Source of the DNA: Octopus vulgaris | Taxonomy: Eukaryota | Assembly: GCA_951406725.2 (NCBI GenBank) | Contig: OX597814.1 | Coordinates: forward strand, 27,156,001-27,220,000 | Direction of reading: 5' to 3' | Length of the DNA: 64,000 nucleotides | In this document: one piece after another, positions 1 through 13,781 of the stretch | How the letters are laid out: each line of letters opens with the position of its first letter | How positions within the stretch are numbered: position 1 is the stretch's first letter | Notes under the pieces: generated by a model | The model's input: only the letters and a program-made list of their open reading frames with translations | Database searches by the model: none | What the model was told of the DNA's origin: nothing | Program-made: the position numbers and the translations under genes

Positions 1-525
1 GTCGAGGTAATGAGTTTTAAGGATGTTCGATCAAAATTGGGGTAATTTACCTAAGGGAGTTCGAGCAAAATAGTTATTTTTAACTCTGTTGAGGAGAAAA
101 TAAGGAGGTCTATAACAAGGTGGAAGAAAGAGAAAAAAAATGGTGTCGTCAAGCGTTAAGATGACTCTAAATAGTGTACTTTAATTAGGTTCAGGAATAG
201 AGAAAGAGACTGTTTAAAGAAGCAAAAAATATTTATTCAACACTAGAAAAGTTTAAGAAGTGAGTGGAAGAAAGAAAGAAGAAACGGAATGGCATCGCGA
301 AGTGCTAAGAGGAACCGAAGTAATACAAGTAAAGGACGAGAACGTTAAGAATCGAAAAATATTTAACACTAGGAAAGTTTGAGAGTGGAAGAAAAAAAGA
401 AGAAAAGGAATGGCGTCGCTATATGCAAAAAGGAATCGGATTAATAAACGCCAAGGACGTTCGATCAGGTAGTAAATATTAGCAAGGAAATCTGCAGAAA
501 GAAAAGTGATTGAGGATTTATAATG

Positions 526-762
526 ATAATAATAATAATACTAATGAAATTATTGTATACAGTGCTCAGGTGCACCACAACTTGTCGAAAGTGCATATAA
601 AGCATATGCAGTAATGTACAAATGTCTGGAAAGAGAACAGTGTATGAGTTAGATACATGCTTGCGTGTGTATGGAGGGGAGAAAATGAGATGTAGTGTTG
701 GCGAATCTCAGGAAGCATGGAAGTTTTGAAGGATGCAGTGCTCCGACAAGTAACAACTGATG
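526..762 (-). mobile_element. CR1/L2-like LINE 3' end
   Basis: (ATT)n tail; the ORF end SVVTCRSTASFKTSMLPEI resembles the CR1-type C-terminal VV-x-A-x-S-xx-SFK motif. Confidence 0.55.
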
Positions 763-898
763 GCGGCGGAGTTGGCATCCACACTCACACCTGCACCTGT
801 TTGCTTCTCCCCCTTCTTCCCTCCCTCGTGAAGCTGTGGGAAAGGCAGTGTAAGGAAATCAACGTCGTAAAGCGTTGTCAAGGAGACCAGCGCACAAG

Positions 899-1010
899 TT
901 CGCGCATGCGCAGTCACACTTTCGCGCATGCGCAGTCACACGCACACGTTCACGCATGCTCAGTCACTTTTGCGCATGCGCATTAACACCTTCGCGCATG
1001 CGCATTCACA
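899..1010. repeat. Short tandem array of the palindrome GCGCATGCGC
   Basis: Five ~21-28-bp units, four carrying the intact palindrome. Confidence 0.85.
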
Positions 1011-1014
1011 GTTT

Positions 1015-1642
1015 CGAACATTAGGCCTCACCGAGACCTTTGGGAATATGCTGTGCTTGAGAAGACCCGGCAAGCCAAGTGAGACCATAACCTCGTGGCC
1101 TATGCCAGGGGCGTAACCAGCCCACTTATTCGTACCTTTCCTTCATTGGACACTAAACTCTGCTTGCAAAGACCTGTTGAGGCAAGTGGAATCAAAATGA
1201 AATTCGATGACTGGCATCCGTGCTAGTGGGGCGCTAAGAGCATCATCCGAACGTGATTGTTGCCAGAGCAGCAAACTGGCTTCCATGCTGGTGGTACATA
1301 AAAAGCACCATTCAAGCGTGATCATTACCAGTGTTACCTTACTGGCACGTGAAAAAACACTTGAGCGAGGTTGTTGCTAGTGCTGCTGGACTGGCTCCTG
1401 TGCAGGTGGCACATAAAAAACACCATTTGAGCATGGCCGTTGCCAGTACCACCTGACTGGCCCTCATGCCGGTGACACATAAAAGTACCCTTTCAGAGTG
1501 GTTGGCGTTAGGAAGGGCATCAAGCTGTAGAAACTCTGCCAGATTAGATTGGAGCCTGATGCAGCCATCTGGTTTGCCAGTCCTCAGTCAAATCGTCCAA
1601 CCCATGCTAGCATGGAAAGCGGACGTTAAACGATGATGATGA
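1015..1642 (+). mobile_element. 5'-truncated RTE-like LINE (ORF C-terminus, 3'UTR with ~60-bp repeats, (GAT)n tail)
   Basis: Fragments RTLGLT..RDLWEYAVLEKTRQAK* resemble an RTE C-terminus. Followed by ggttggcgttaggaagggcatc..ctgtagaaac and gttaaacgatgatgat. Confidence 0.7.
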
Positions 1643-1648
1643 TATATA

Positions 1649-1700
<52 letters not shown>

Positions 1701-2960
1701 TATACACACACATACATACATAGTTCATAGATGAGAATTGGATATTCATCAAGTCAAAGTCAATGGGCAGACTATACCCCTGCTGATGAAAACATCCCTT
1801 GGATGGAATGTCAGTACAACATATGGTTAACCCCCAGTTTCTCCTGTTACTCATTGTCAGTTAAATAGACTGGAACAACATGGCATGAAATGCCTTGCTC
1901 AAGGAAATTGAACTCATAATTTCCACTCTGGATACTGAACTCATGATTTTACAGCTGTGAGTCCAATGTCCTAATCATGGGACCACATACTAGCACAAAT
2001 TAACATTGGATTCAATGTCTCATTGAATTTAGTTCTGTCCTCTTACCTTCTAAATACATTACACCCTGTAAAGTGGTTGATGTTAGAAGGGGCATCTAAC
2101 CATGGAAAACAGATGAGGTAGGGTACTCTGACCATACCTAAGAAACAAAACTGACTTCATCTTTCACACTCTATCCAACCAATACCAGTATGGAAAATAG
2201 ATGTAAAATGATGAAATCACACCAAAATAACTTAATTTCTCTATGATCAAATCAGTAAGAATGACTAACTACATTCTCTATAACTAAAGATAGAAAGAAA
2301 TTTTAAAGGATCCTTTAGTTAATGTAATTCTGGATACAAAGGCAGGATAATCACAAGTGGAATGTTTTTGATCTAAGATCTGCTTCATCAGAAAAGATAT
2401 GGGGCAAGGTGAGGCGTTAAGTGACAACTAGACCAGTTAGTAAAAATTTTAATGAATCTCCTTTGGTTTTAATCATGATTGTTTGATCAAGAGAATGGCC
2501 TCCTCACTGAATTAATGTGCAAATGTTGAGATATTCTGTAAACAAGCATGCCCTTACCTTAATTCTCAGACAAACTCGGTGTAACAGTATGATCTTTTGA
2601 ACGACAGGTACAGCCTATTTAATGGCATCGTTTCATAGTTTCTACCTACCCAAAGTCACTTGCATGGCTTGGGTTGACCTGAGGCTATAGTGAAAGACAC
2701 TTGTCTAAGATGCCATTGCAATAAAAATGAACCCAGAAACTCATGATCTTAAAGCAAACTTCTCAAATGTTTAGCCATGCTTGTAGTCTTCAAACTCTGG
2801 TACCACTGTTTTGTCCATTTTTCAGTGGTTTCAATTACTGAATAGATGAGGAAAAAGCTAGGTCAGAGCTGTGTAGTTAAGTTTGCATTGCAATCACATG
2901 GTTTTGGGTTCAATCCCATTGTGTAGCACCTTGGACAAATGGCAGAGTATTTCACAGGCT

Positions 2961-2995
<35 letters not shown>

Positions 2996-2997
<2 letters not shown>

Positions 2998-3200
2998 CAT
3001 CATTTAATGTCTGCTGTCCATGCTGGCATGGGTTAGACAGTTTAACTGGAGATGATGAGCCAGAAAGCTGCACCAGGGTCCAGTCTGATTTGGAATAGTT
3101 TCTACAGCTGGATGCCCTTCCTAATGCCAACCACTCCAGGAGTGTAATGGATGCTTTTATGTGCCACCGGCACAGGTGCCAGTTACATGACACCAGCAAT
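2996..3200 (-). mobile_element. RTE-like 3' end
   Basis: catcatttaatgtc...tttctacagctggatgcccttcctaatgccaaccactcc. Confidence 0.75.
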
Positions 3201-3255
3201 GACTACAACCAACTACCACAACGCACAGATATCATTTAAAGTTAATGTGCGTGTG

Positions 3256-3287
<32 letters not shown>

Positions 3288-3298
3288 TACATACATAC

Positions 3299-3663
3299 AG
3301 GTGCAGGAGTGACTGTGTGGTAAGTAGCTTGCTTACCAACCACATGGTTCCAAGTTCAGTCCTGCTGTGTGGCACCTTGGGCAAGTGTCTTTTACTATAA
3401 CCTCAGGCTGACCAATGTCTTGTGAGTGGATTTGGTAGACGGAAACTGAAAGAAGTCCGTCGTATATATGTTTGTGCGTGTGTCCCCAACATCACTTGAC
3501 AATCAATGGTGGTGTGCTTACGTCACCATAACTTAGCGGTTCGGCAAAAGAGACCAATAGAATAAGTACTAGGCTTACAAAGAATAAGTCCTGGGGTCGA
3601 TTTGCTCGACTAAAGGTGGTGCTCCAGCATGGCCACAGTCAAATGACTGAAACAAGTAAAAGA
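3299..3663 (+). mobile_element. tRNA-derived SINE family A, full length
   Basis: A/B-box-like head (tgtggtaag..ttcagtcc), ccttgggcaagtg core-like segment and 3' stem-loop cagtcaaatgactg followed by aaacaagtaaaaga. Confidence 0.85.
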
Positions 3664-4421
3664 ATATATATATAGATACATATATACATACATATGCACA
3701 CATATCTTTTATTGATGCATATCAGCAATAGATTTCAACCCCCTATTTATTCCACTCTCTTTTGTTAGCCTTGCAACCAGAAGAATAAAGTAAACCAATA
3801 ACTGATACACTGGAAATCTGTAATTATTGATGCTATTATGCAACAATTGTGATATAACACTTGTTTAAAAATATTTGCTTGCAATTTAATGGGGCACCAT
3901 TTCATTTATAAGCTTTATATTTAACTTGTTTGTTACCAGATTTTTGTTAAAATACACTGCTTTTGTTTCAATTAATTTTGAAAATATTGAAAATTTGGGG
4001 ATTATATAACTTTGTCATTATTAAGCTGGATTTTTAAAACATAGATTAACATAGAATTTTGATGGAAGGTTCTTATTTAGATCACTTTAAACATGAAGTT
4101 TGTATCATAAAGCCAGGGACAGTGTCAGTCAAGATGGTATCAAAAGGATCGAAATTTCAACATAACCTTAAGTCTCTTTCTCTCTCAATCCATAACTAAC
4201 ATATAGACTTATTTTTCAACTTTCTAACTTGAGGTCCCAATTAAGAACACAAATAACTATAATTCTGATACTGGTATTTTCCCTGAAAAATATCTTTTGC
4301 TCTAAGAAAACAGAAAGAAAGAAAAGAGGAAAAAAATACAATAAATTGATAACAATTTAAATCAACAACAAAATCAGTGAACTTTTCCATCAATTCTAGT
4401 TGAATAATTGTCATTTTTTTT

Positions 4422-4427
4422 TTTATT
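4422..4427 (-). terminator. Candidate distal polyadenylation signal AATAAA
   Basis: tttatt on the + strand, with a GT/T-rich downstream element (ttttgttgttg) at about 4363-4373 on the minus strand. Confidence 0.45.
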
Positions 4428-7400
4428 GCCAAGCAGGACATAGTACATTGAGTGTCTGACTGTGTGTATGTGTGTGTGTATATATATATATATATGTATG
4501 TATGTATGTATACGTATGATAAAATTTACTGGTCACAACCATCAAGTAAGCTTCTCATCAGTTCAAGAAATAAATTCTCCATCAGCAGTCTTTTCAATAC
4601 TTTTTTTCAATATAAGATATGAAGAAACTTTAAGCTTTGGTCAATAGCTGCAACTTTTCAGTTTATTTATCAAATTCTTTGCCAAAACAAGGTTCATCTC
4701 TAAACCAAGCTTTAATGTCTATCAAATACATAGTTCAGTTTCCATTGCCTTACAAAATGCACTGACTTAATAATTAACTTTCTCATTTTTTTACTCATTT
4801 TTTGTTTGTTTTTCTTTTCTTTTCTCAAATTCATATTTTCCTCATCATCAACATTATTAATGTTATTTATTATTAGTTAAAAAAAAAACATGAAGAAATC
4901 CATGAAAATATGGAATTGATAAATATCAAGAGCAAATAAATATATAAATAAAAATCAGCCTCCAGCATTTTTCTCTTTTTGTGGGTATGTGGAGGTTTCT
5001 GTCCTGGAACACAAAAACAGACCAACAGAACAAAAGAAAGCAAAACACATGGCAATAAATAAAATCCAAATTTGCATGTGTGTGTGTTTATATATATATA
5101 TATATATATAAATATATACACACAAACACATGCATGCATATACAAGTGTGAGTGTGCACATAGACACATCAATATGAAATGCAGAAGGAGAGTGAAGTTT
5201 AACCAAATTGCAAAATTAAACTTAAAAGTTATAACACCTTTTAAAAATGTGCTTTTGACCACGAGTGCCAACCAGGTATTCCCCCCCCCTTTTTTTTTAA
5301 TTATGAGTCTCCACAAGAAACAATACAATTCAAATATTCAAATGATGTAAGCCTTATCTGAATTATGATGTGAAAAACAGCTACTCATTTAGCAATTAAC
5401 GCATACTCTCTCTCATATATATGTATATGTTGTGTTGAAACAAGTGTCACCATCTTATAAGCAGTGTCATTTGTTTCTAATATTTCATGAAACATGAAAT
5501 ATTTCCTTGAGGAAATATTAACTTGCCTGCAATCAAGTGAGGGCTGGCAACAGTAAATCTGCCTCAACAAATCCCATATAAGCTTGGAAAAGTTGATGTT
5601 AAAACAACGATGATGATATATGTTTTGTATATTATATCGCACACACGCACATATATACATGTGTATAATGTCTAACATTCAATATCATGTTTATATATAT
5701 GTAGCACAGGCATGGCTCATGATTAAGAATTTTACTTCACAACTAAGAGATTCTGAGTATGATAATACTGCATGATACCTTCGGTAAAGGCCTCTATGTA
5801 TAGCTCAAAGTTGCCCCAATACTTTGTGAGTGAAATTGTGCAGAATCCTGTGTGCATATATATGAGTCCATGCCCATCAAGTTTGTGCATATGTTTAACG
5901 TAACACAGCCAGTTAAAAATTAAAACTGCTAGAGAGAAGGCATCTTAGACACTTGACAAATACATATCAATAAATAAGTATAAGATTCTGGCTGAAATAA
6001 AAATTGGGACTGATATGCTCAATTAAAACTCCTTGAAGGTGTTGCCCCAGCATGGCTATAGTCCAATGACTAAAAGCAGTAAGAGAATGTGTGTGTGTGC
6101 ATTTATTAGCCATAAATGTGTGTGAGTGTTAATGTCAAATATATATTTAAGGCAAGCTGGCAGAACCAGTAAAGAGCCAGAAGAAATGCTCTTGTGGCTC
6201 TTTACATTCTGAGTTCAAATCCTGCCAAAGTCAACTTTGCCTTCCAACCCTCCAAGGTTTTTAATATAGAGTAACCAATGAGAACTGGGGGTCGATGGTA
6301 TTGGCTTATCTTTTCCTCTTGAAATTGATGGCCTTGTGTCAAAATTAGAACCAAGATACATATATATAGATATACACACACACACATATCATGTATATAT
6401 ACAATAGAAAACAAATATATATTTATATACTCTAAATATTATACATATATGTGTGTGTGTGTGTGTATATATATATGTATAGTATATATGTTATAAATAT
6501 GTATAGATGAGGAAATGGAGATCTGTATGGAAGTAATACTGAACAAGAAATAGAAAATATAATACTTCCTCTCGTTGTTACAATTTTATGTGATACAGGT
6601 GTTATTTATAAAATAAAACAGTAAATGCAAATACAATACGCAATAGAAATTCTTCAACATTGTTATTTGTTGTTGTTAAGGAATTCATACAAACATTTCA
6701 GAGGAAAGCATATAAAATATGGAACCAAAAGATTACCTCGATAATATTGGAATGCCCGTTATCTAAACCCTGATACTACCCCTGCCAAGTTTCTTGAACA
6801 ATTGTTACAAGCAATATTTTTTTTGTTTAAATATAATTTATTTCAAGATTTCTATTAAGGATTTTCATATTTTTTTTTTGTTTTTCTTTTTCCTTAAGAA
6901 TATTAAAGTGGACATCATTTCCAATAGTTTCCAAGATATGGCAGTATATGCAGATTATTAATAACCTTTTAGCTCACTGGAGAATAAATCATAGGCTAGC
7001 CAGTAGAACTTTGAACTGGTTATCAAAACAAACAAAAAAATTTTAAATAAAAGAAAGTTCCATTTTCCTAAACTGAAAGTCCCCATTCTGCAGATTCAAC
7101 ACCATAGCAGACAGGAGAATGAGAGTTTCAAATTGGGAAACAAAGGGACATTGTTAGGGCTTATTTTACAGCAGCATTACAAACCTAATCTGACCTGAGA
7201 TAAAGCATTTATTGCAAACTGGTAGAGCTGTTTACTTAACAACCTTGTCCATAATCACTTAGTACCTTTACAACTTGGTTGCGCACAAGTAAGGTAAAAT
7301 GCCTTTCTCAAGGATCAGGTTGATTGTGATGAGATAAAAGCTCATAGAGTGTTAATCTAAAATAGCTGATGGTTTGTACTCAGTTGGCTGTTGCAGATCA

Positions 7401-8739
7401 TACAATCTATAAATAAAACAGATTTTTATTTTAGATATCTGAATGTTATTCAAAAAATGCAATTAGATGAAAGAACATAACCACCAGGTTAAAAAAAACA
7501 AACAATTTTTAATTCAGCTGAAAAGCTAAATGTTCTCCAGATATCTTCTTCAAATGAAATTTATCATTTTATACTCAGCATTTTAGTGAAGATCATAATT
7601 ATTATGTAAAAAAAAAAAAAAGATGAATTAAAGCCAAAAGATTTCCACTTTCAAAATAAAAAAAGTGTTTCAAAATTCAATAACAAAAAAATATTGAAAA
7701 GGAGATCACTTCATTTATATATGTTACAAAAAAAAATAAATTAAGGTTCTTTAATAAATCAAATCTCTAATGGTGGCAAATGAAGAAAGACCATCAGTAA
7801 GAATTTTTTAAAAAATGATTGATATTATAAATAGTGAGTGCTGATCCAAATTAACAGTGAAATAAAAATGATTGTTAAAAAAATACAAAAGACAAAAAAG
7901 TTGAAAAGAAACCAACAAACAAAATTAAATAAATAATAAAAACTGTTGTTTTATAATCCTGATATAACTATATCTGTGATTATAGACACCAAGGCTGGCT
8001 CTAAAATTCCTGATGCCCCATTCAAGCTAAGCTCTGGCGCCCCTATATCGCAAAGTTTGGTGTATTAGAACTGTCACTCTGACACAATGTTTACTGAGGG
8101 AGTGAGAGACAGAGACAGAAAGAATGTTGAAAAGTTTTACAATATGTTTTTTTAGAACTTTTGAACATGATTAAAAATTCCTTTTTTATATTGTTTTTGT
8201 ATTTTGACGGTTTAACGTTTCCAGGACATATTTCTCATAAAATACGTAGTCCACGTGTATCAATTAATTTTGATATTATCATTATTATTAAGCTGGTATT
8301 TCGAACATGACATAACAGAAATTGCTGATTTAAGATAATGATGGAAGGTTTTACTTTAAATATGAACAATTTAAAACAAGAAATTTTATACCATTGAATC
8401 AGAGGTGGTCTCAATGAATTTGATATCAAAAGGGTTAATCAGATAAAAGGATGCTACTTGTTAGTATTTTGTGCTCTGAAATAATTGCCAGAGTCTGTTG
8501 TACAATGATCTGGCCTTGATAGCAACTAAATTAATGAACAGTGAGAGTAAAAGCATCTCACTACTTAAATGTAACACTTTATTTAATATTTTGTTTAAAA
8601 GATTATATTCAAATATTTTAAATTTGGAAAAAGAAAAAGAACAATTCCATGAATGTAAACTTAAGGAACCAATATTATTTTACTCAAAAATTTAATTTCA
8701 TTCTTTCTCTCTCTCTCTCTCAAAAAATTCCTTTCTTAA

Positions 8740-8954
8740 CCCTTTAGCATTCAGATTACTGTCAAATATGATGCTTATTTATTCACATTGTTTTCAATTA
8801 ATCACGCATTATCTCATAGTTTTGTGATTTTGATGTCATTCTTTATCTTTAGAATGACATTGTAGGGTAGGTGTGACAGGTCAGAAGTGGCCAATTTGAA
8901 CAGAAAACTGTTAGAATATTTGGGTCGAATATGATCAATTTAAATGCTAATGGG
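8740..8954. mobile_element. piggyBac-like MITE inside the putative 3'UTR
   Basis: TTAA|ccctttagcatt...aatgctaatggg|TTAA. Related copies lie near 3920, 13318, 38560, 38900 and 44848. Confidence 0.75.
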
Positions 8955-10701
8955 TTAAATTATGCTCTGAATTTTTAAATAATACTTAAAAACAATTTTT
9001 CACTATAATGTATTCCTGCTTATTTGCATGCTTGTTGTTAGCATGATTATGTTTTAGTTTATGCTCAATTGTCAAACAGTTGCTTCTGGCCAAAATCCTC
9101 CTTAAGATGTTGACTCTTTAAATAAAGGGTCAATGGTTCACATCTCATTACTGGCATTGTTTTATTCTGCGTCTTGTCATCACCAAGAGTCAGTCCACCT
9201 GAATGTAAACAGTCATCGAAAGGCAGTATACTGCACTTCCAATACATAGTAGAAGCACTGAATAACCAGTGGACATTTTGTTAGCTTGAAATCCTAGGTC
9301 CATTAGATTGGAATTCTGTTACAGAGAGAGTCCTTTCAGAAGATGTCTCTCAAGTGCTTTAAGCTTCTTAAAGATTAGGATAAACTCTAGCCCCACTCCC
9401 TTTTACATCTTCTAGGAACAGTGAAGGATTAAAAAAGTAAACCTGACAAACAGAAAAGCAACCATTTATCTCTGCTATTATAGATTATGCAAATTCAGCT
9501 ACTAAATAGTAAAATGGGAATGTTAAGTATTTTCGAGACAAATAAGGAAATATACTTCGCTTAGTGGTGTCAAGATGTTAACTCAATACCCTATAGAGTC
9601 AGTAACCTAGGCTTAACTACTGTTGATTATAAACCTATTGAGTAATAAAGAGAAGAGGAAAGTATACTTTGAACATTACACTAAACTTACTGGGAAATAT
9701 ATAAATATAGTACAATCATTTCCTTCAAAAACTTCCCAACTGAGCATTAATGGTGTGATATAAATGCAGAGGAATGATGTTTACTGCAAGGCACAGTTTT
9801 AGTTCAAGAGAACTACAACAAAAATAGCAAGTGATTACAAAGGATACACCATAAGTTTTCTTCATTTTTCTTTTCCTTTTTTTTAAATTTTGATGTAAAC
9901 CATTTCTGTCAAATGTCTACATATGAAGTTCAATAAATATGCTTTGAAATCAATTAAAAAAAAATACTAGGTACAGTGATGGAATAATGTAAGGATGAAG
10001 AATTCATTAAGTCTAACAGCTTGTTGTGACATAAATATGAACAAAAAAAAATTTTCAATCTAATTAGTGAAAACTGAAAAAAAACTATCAAATTAAATGG
10101 ATGCATATCAAATCAGAAGAATAAATATTTTCTTCACTTTGATAAAAATATAAACTGCTCAACGACCCGTGACAGTAGCTGCTGACATATGTTTCCTGTG
10201 AAACAAATAAATAAAACTCAATATTAAAAAAAAAAATTTTTTTTTAAATGTTGACATTATCATATTTTAAAATTTGTAAATAAACACAATTATGATTGAC
10301 AGTACTTTCAACTGAAAAATTTAACTTCTTTCTTTTTTAAGTCTTTCTTCGCCTAGCTTTTTGTAGGAAATACACAAGATAAATTTATTTCCATGTTGAA
10401 TGTATCTTTCTGTTACGAGCTATCTCAGAATATATGCACATGTAAAGAGGGAGAAGGAGAGAACAGTGGTGTGAATGTTGAGTGAATTAATGTATAAGTC
10501 TGGTTGGTTTGTTTCTCCCATCCATAAACATCAGTAATTCAAATTATATCACAGCAGAGTTCTGAAAATCAAAGCTTGACTGAACAAAAGAGATCTTCTT
10601 GTATGATTCACAAGCCAAGTAGATAATGAACATACGATAATAACTATTCGCCATTAATCAGACTTCCTGTCTAAAGTTCAACAGATCTGGCTGGTCAGTA
10701 T

Positions 10702-10824
10702 TCAGCTTTTTGATTCTGGGCGTTTCACTGATTTTCGTTTCGGACTAGGATCAGTAATAGCATTGTTAGTTTCCTTCATGCATAACCGGTTGGAAGCTAT
10801 TTTCAGAAGTTCCTCCAGATTTTC
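10702..10824 (-). CDS. JARID2: JARID2 last coding exon with stop codon
   Basis: tttcaag|GAA acceptor, 123 nt. ENLEELLKIASNRLCMKETNNAITDPSPKRKSVKRPESKS*; the basic PSPKRK tail resembles the vertebrate C-terminus. Confidence 0.85.
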   Translation of the reverse strand, partial: ENLEELLKIASNRLCMKETNNAITDPSPKRKSVKRPESKS

Positions 10825-10987
10825 CTTGAAATATAAAATTAAAAAATAAATATATGTGTACATATAGAAATACATATATGTATATAATGGTTTTTAACAT
10901 AAGTACAAACCCATAGTTTTATTGTGCATGCATGCGTGTTTGTTAAAATATATTAATCTTTGTGTCTGACTGTTGCTTTAACAAGAC

Positions 10988-11272
10988 ATCATCATCATCA
11001 TCGTTTAATGTTCGCTCTCCATGCTAGCATGGGTTGGACGGTTAAACTGGGGTCTGCTTTTTACATGCCACCGGCACGGAGGCCAGACGAGGCTGGCAAC
11101 GGCCACGATCGGATGGTGCTTTTTACGTGCCACCGGCACTGAGGCCAGTCTGGGCGGCGCTGCCAATGGCCACGTTCGGATGGTTCTCTTACATGCCACC
11201 GGCACTGGTATCACAGCTACAATTTCCATTGATGTTGATCGATTTTGATTTTCACTTGCCTCAACAGGTCTT
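10988..11272 (-). mobile_element. RTE-like 3' end with internal deletion
   Basis: (CAT)n gtttaa..catgctagcatgggttggacgg joined directly to the 60-bp units. Confidence 0.7.
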
Positions 11273-12703
11273 CACGTCGATGTAGAGAGATTTGAACAAA
11301 GAACATAAAGAGTGTAAAGTAAATATTATAAAATATTTTGTCTTTTTTGCCACCAATTCTGCCATTTAACTCAAATATGTTTGTATACACACACATACAA
11401 ATATATGTATTGCCTTCATATATATATATATATATATTCACGGAGTGGAACTACACTCACGGAAGGTCATCCAGCTGTAGAAACATTGCAAGCATGGAAG
11501 GCAGACATTAAACAATGATTATGATGATACACACAGACACAAACAAATACACAAAAGACATTTTAAAATCTGTAACTGCACATATAATAGAGAATCTTAG
11601 CAAACATCTGAGAGATTTTGACATTCACAATTTCTAATGATGCTTTCATTACACATACTATCTTAGCTACAGAGTATAAACATTTTTACACTTTTAGTGA
11701 TCTATATATCAGCTAATCTTCTCTCTACATAAACCCATTGCCCAACTAACTTCCTCTACATGAACCTAATTATCCAGTTAACCCTCCCAGCATATTCAAC
11801 TTATTTCATGCATCAAGCTTTGAACTCAATGCTTTAATGTGATAATAAAAAATTCAAACCCGCTATAAAGTCTCAGATCTCCCAACTTATCAGAGTTAAA
11901 CTCGTTACATACAGTTAGTCCGAGACAACAGTCTTAAACCCCCAGGCGCATGGCACCTGAAATTTTGGGAAGAGGGGCAAGTCAATTACATTGACCCCAG
12001 AGCTCAACTGGCACTTATTTCATAAACCCCAAAAGGATGAAAGGCGAAGCATTTGGACTAAAGAGGTAAAACCAGAAGAAATGTTAAGCATTTTGTACAG
12101 CATGCTGATGATTCTACCAATTCACCACCACCTTAACTTTCCATATTAGTAGCCAAATCTATTTGTTATTTTTAAAATAGGGATTCCATGCTTTAACGAC
12201 AACAAATAGGTTTGAACAGCCTGAGACTTCGCAGTATGGCTTGGATCGTGGTCTTCATATTTCCTTATGGCATGTCATTCAAAGAATATGTGAAATAAGT
12301 TGAATAAAAAATAGATATTCCATGTTTGAGATGTTAATAAATAACATCAGTGGCTAGACTTCAACTCAAATAATATGAAATCTCAGCTCAAGTTGATACT
12401 CAGACACCTATTTGCATATCTGAAGAGTCAGACCAATATGTTGTTCCAAAGCCCTTGATCATCTCAAGTAGAATTGAATAGGGTTTCTCATGACTCCCCT
12501 GATCCCAGTGAAACAGTTAAGAACATAACAGCTTTAAATCTAAAATCAACACTTTTGCTACATTCCTTTTCCTCCACCACCAATCTCACCATACTGAAAG
12601 TAAATTCCCATAATACTCCCTCACACAAGAAATAAATAAAGAGAAGAGGAATAGTTAAGTGTAAACACTAGAAAAGGAAATAAGTAAGAGATCAAAAACT
12701 TAC

Positions 12704-12811
12704 ATCAGAAAATCTGTAATAAAGCTTACAGGCTTTCAGGTTTCTCTTCTTTTGGATGTGAGCAAGTGCATGATCCAAACAATACAAACTTTCATCTACT
12801 TCATTCACAAC
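12704..12811 (-). CDS. JARID2: JARID2 exon, zinc finger end
   Basis: attag| and GAT|gtaagt, 108 nt, phase 0 to 0. VVNEVDESLYCLDHALAHIQKKRNLKACKLYYRFSD. Confidence 0.93.
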
Positions 12812-13781
12812 CTAATTATTTAAAAACAGAGATATTAATTAGATGAAAATATTATTAAAAGTTTAAAAAAATGTAAAAACAACAAGTAAATTCAAAGAGT
12901 TGATATATTAGTGAGGTTACACATGAGTAAAAATTTAGAGTGGACAAGTATGGTTACAGAAAATGGTAACATTTTGCTTTGCTGAGGAAGCCAATTAAAC
13001 CTGAGATACACCTGAAGTTCTCACCAAAGATCAGAGTCACTCCTCATTCAATTTTTATGTATTTCATTTTTAGTTTTCTTCCCTTGCATTTCTTGATAAG
13101 AATTAATCAGGGAAGCAAATGATTTTTTTTTTTTTCTTCTTACAACAGATGATAATTTTAATAAAATATCTTGTAGCTCATTACATTAAGTATGTTAAGC
13201 CTACACTTAATTATGTTTTCCATGCAGAAGGCATCCCTGTGTACTCCTTCAACAACATCTTTATCACTCAAAATCTTTATATTTCTCAGTCACCTACAAT
13301 CTGGCAGGTGCTTTTAACCCTTCAGCATTTAAAATGGTCACGTGTAACCAAAATATTCAACATGTTTTATGTTTAAACATTAAGGCCAAATTTGGTCTCT
13401 CACACCAACCCAACAAAGTCGTCCTGAAAATAAACAGTCACCTCATCAAAATCTCAAAGCTACAAGACAATGCATGATTAATTCAAAATAATATGAATAA
13501 ATAAGCATTATATTTGACAGAGAAATTTAAATGTTAAAGACTGTTTAGCTGACACAGTTTAATAATAATGAAATATGTCCAAAATTGCTAAACACTAAGG
13601 AATAAAGTGTTTTCCTAAGAAATTTCAAAAGGGTGTAGTCACATTAGCTCCAGGAGTCCCAAAGTACTTTAGAACCTGAAAAGCTTATGACTACCACCAG
13701 CATGCCTCATTAATTAATTAAATGAGAAAAAGTTTGAGAAAACTAAATAGTTGTCACAAAATAACAGACAAATTATTTTAC

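Larger units (their letters stand above)
4400..10701 (-). other. JARID2: Probable long 3'UTR of JARID2 (~6.3 kb, may contain an intron)
   Basis: U-rich on the coding strand and relatively repeat-poor downstream of the stop. The 3' end is inferred from the AATAAA at 4422-4427. Confidence 0.5.

Noticed and set aside
4635-9794. miR-9 (about 4635) and miR-124 (about 9788) 7-mer seed matches in the putative 3'UTR
   Set aside because: Single 7-mers are expected by chance in about 6 kb and cannot be supported without conservation data.
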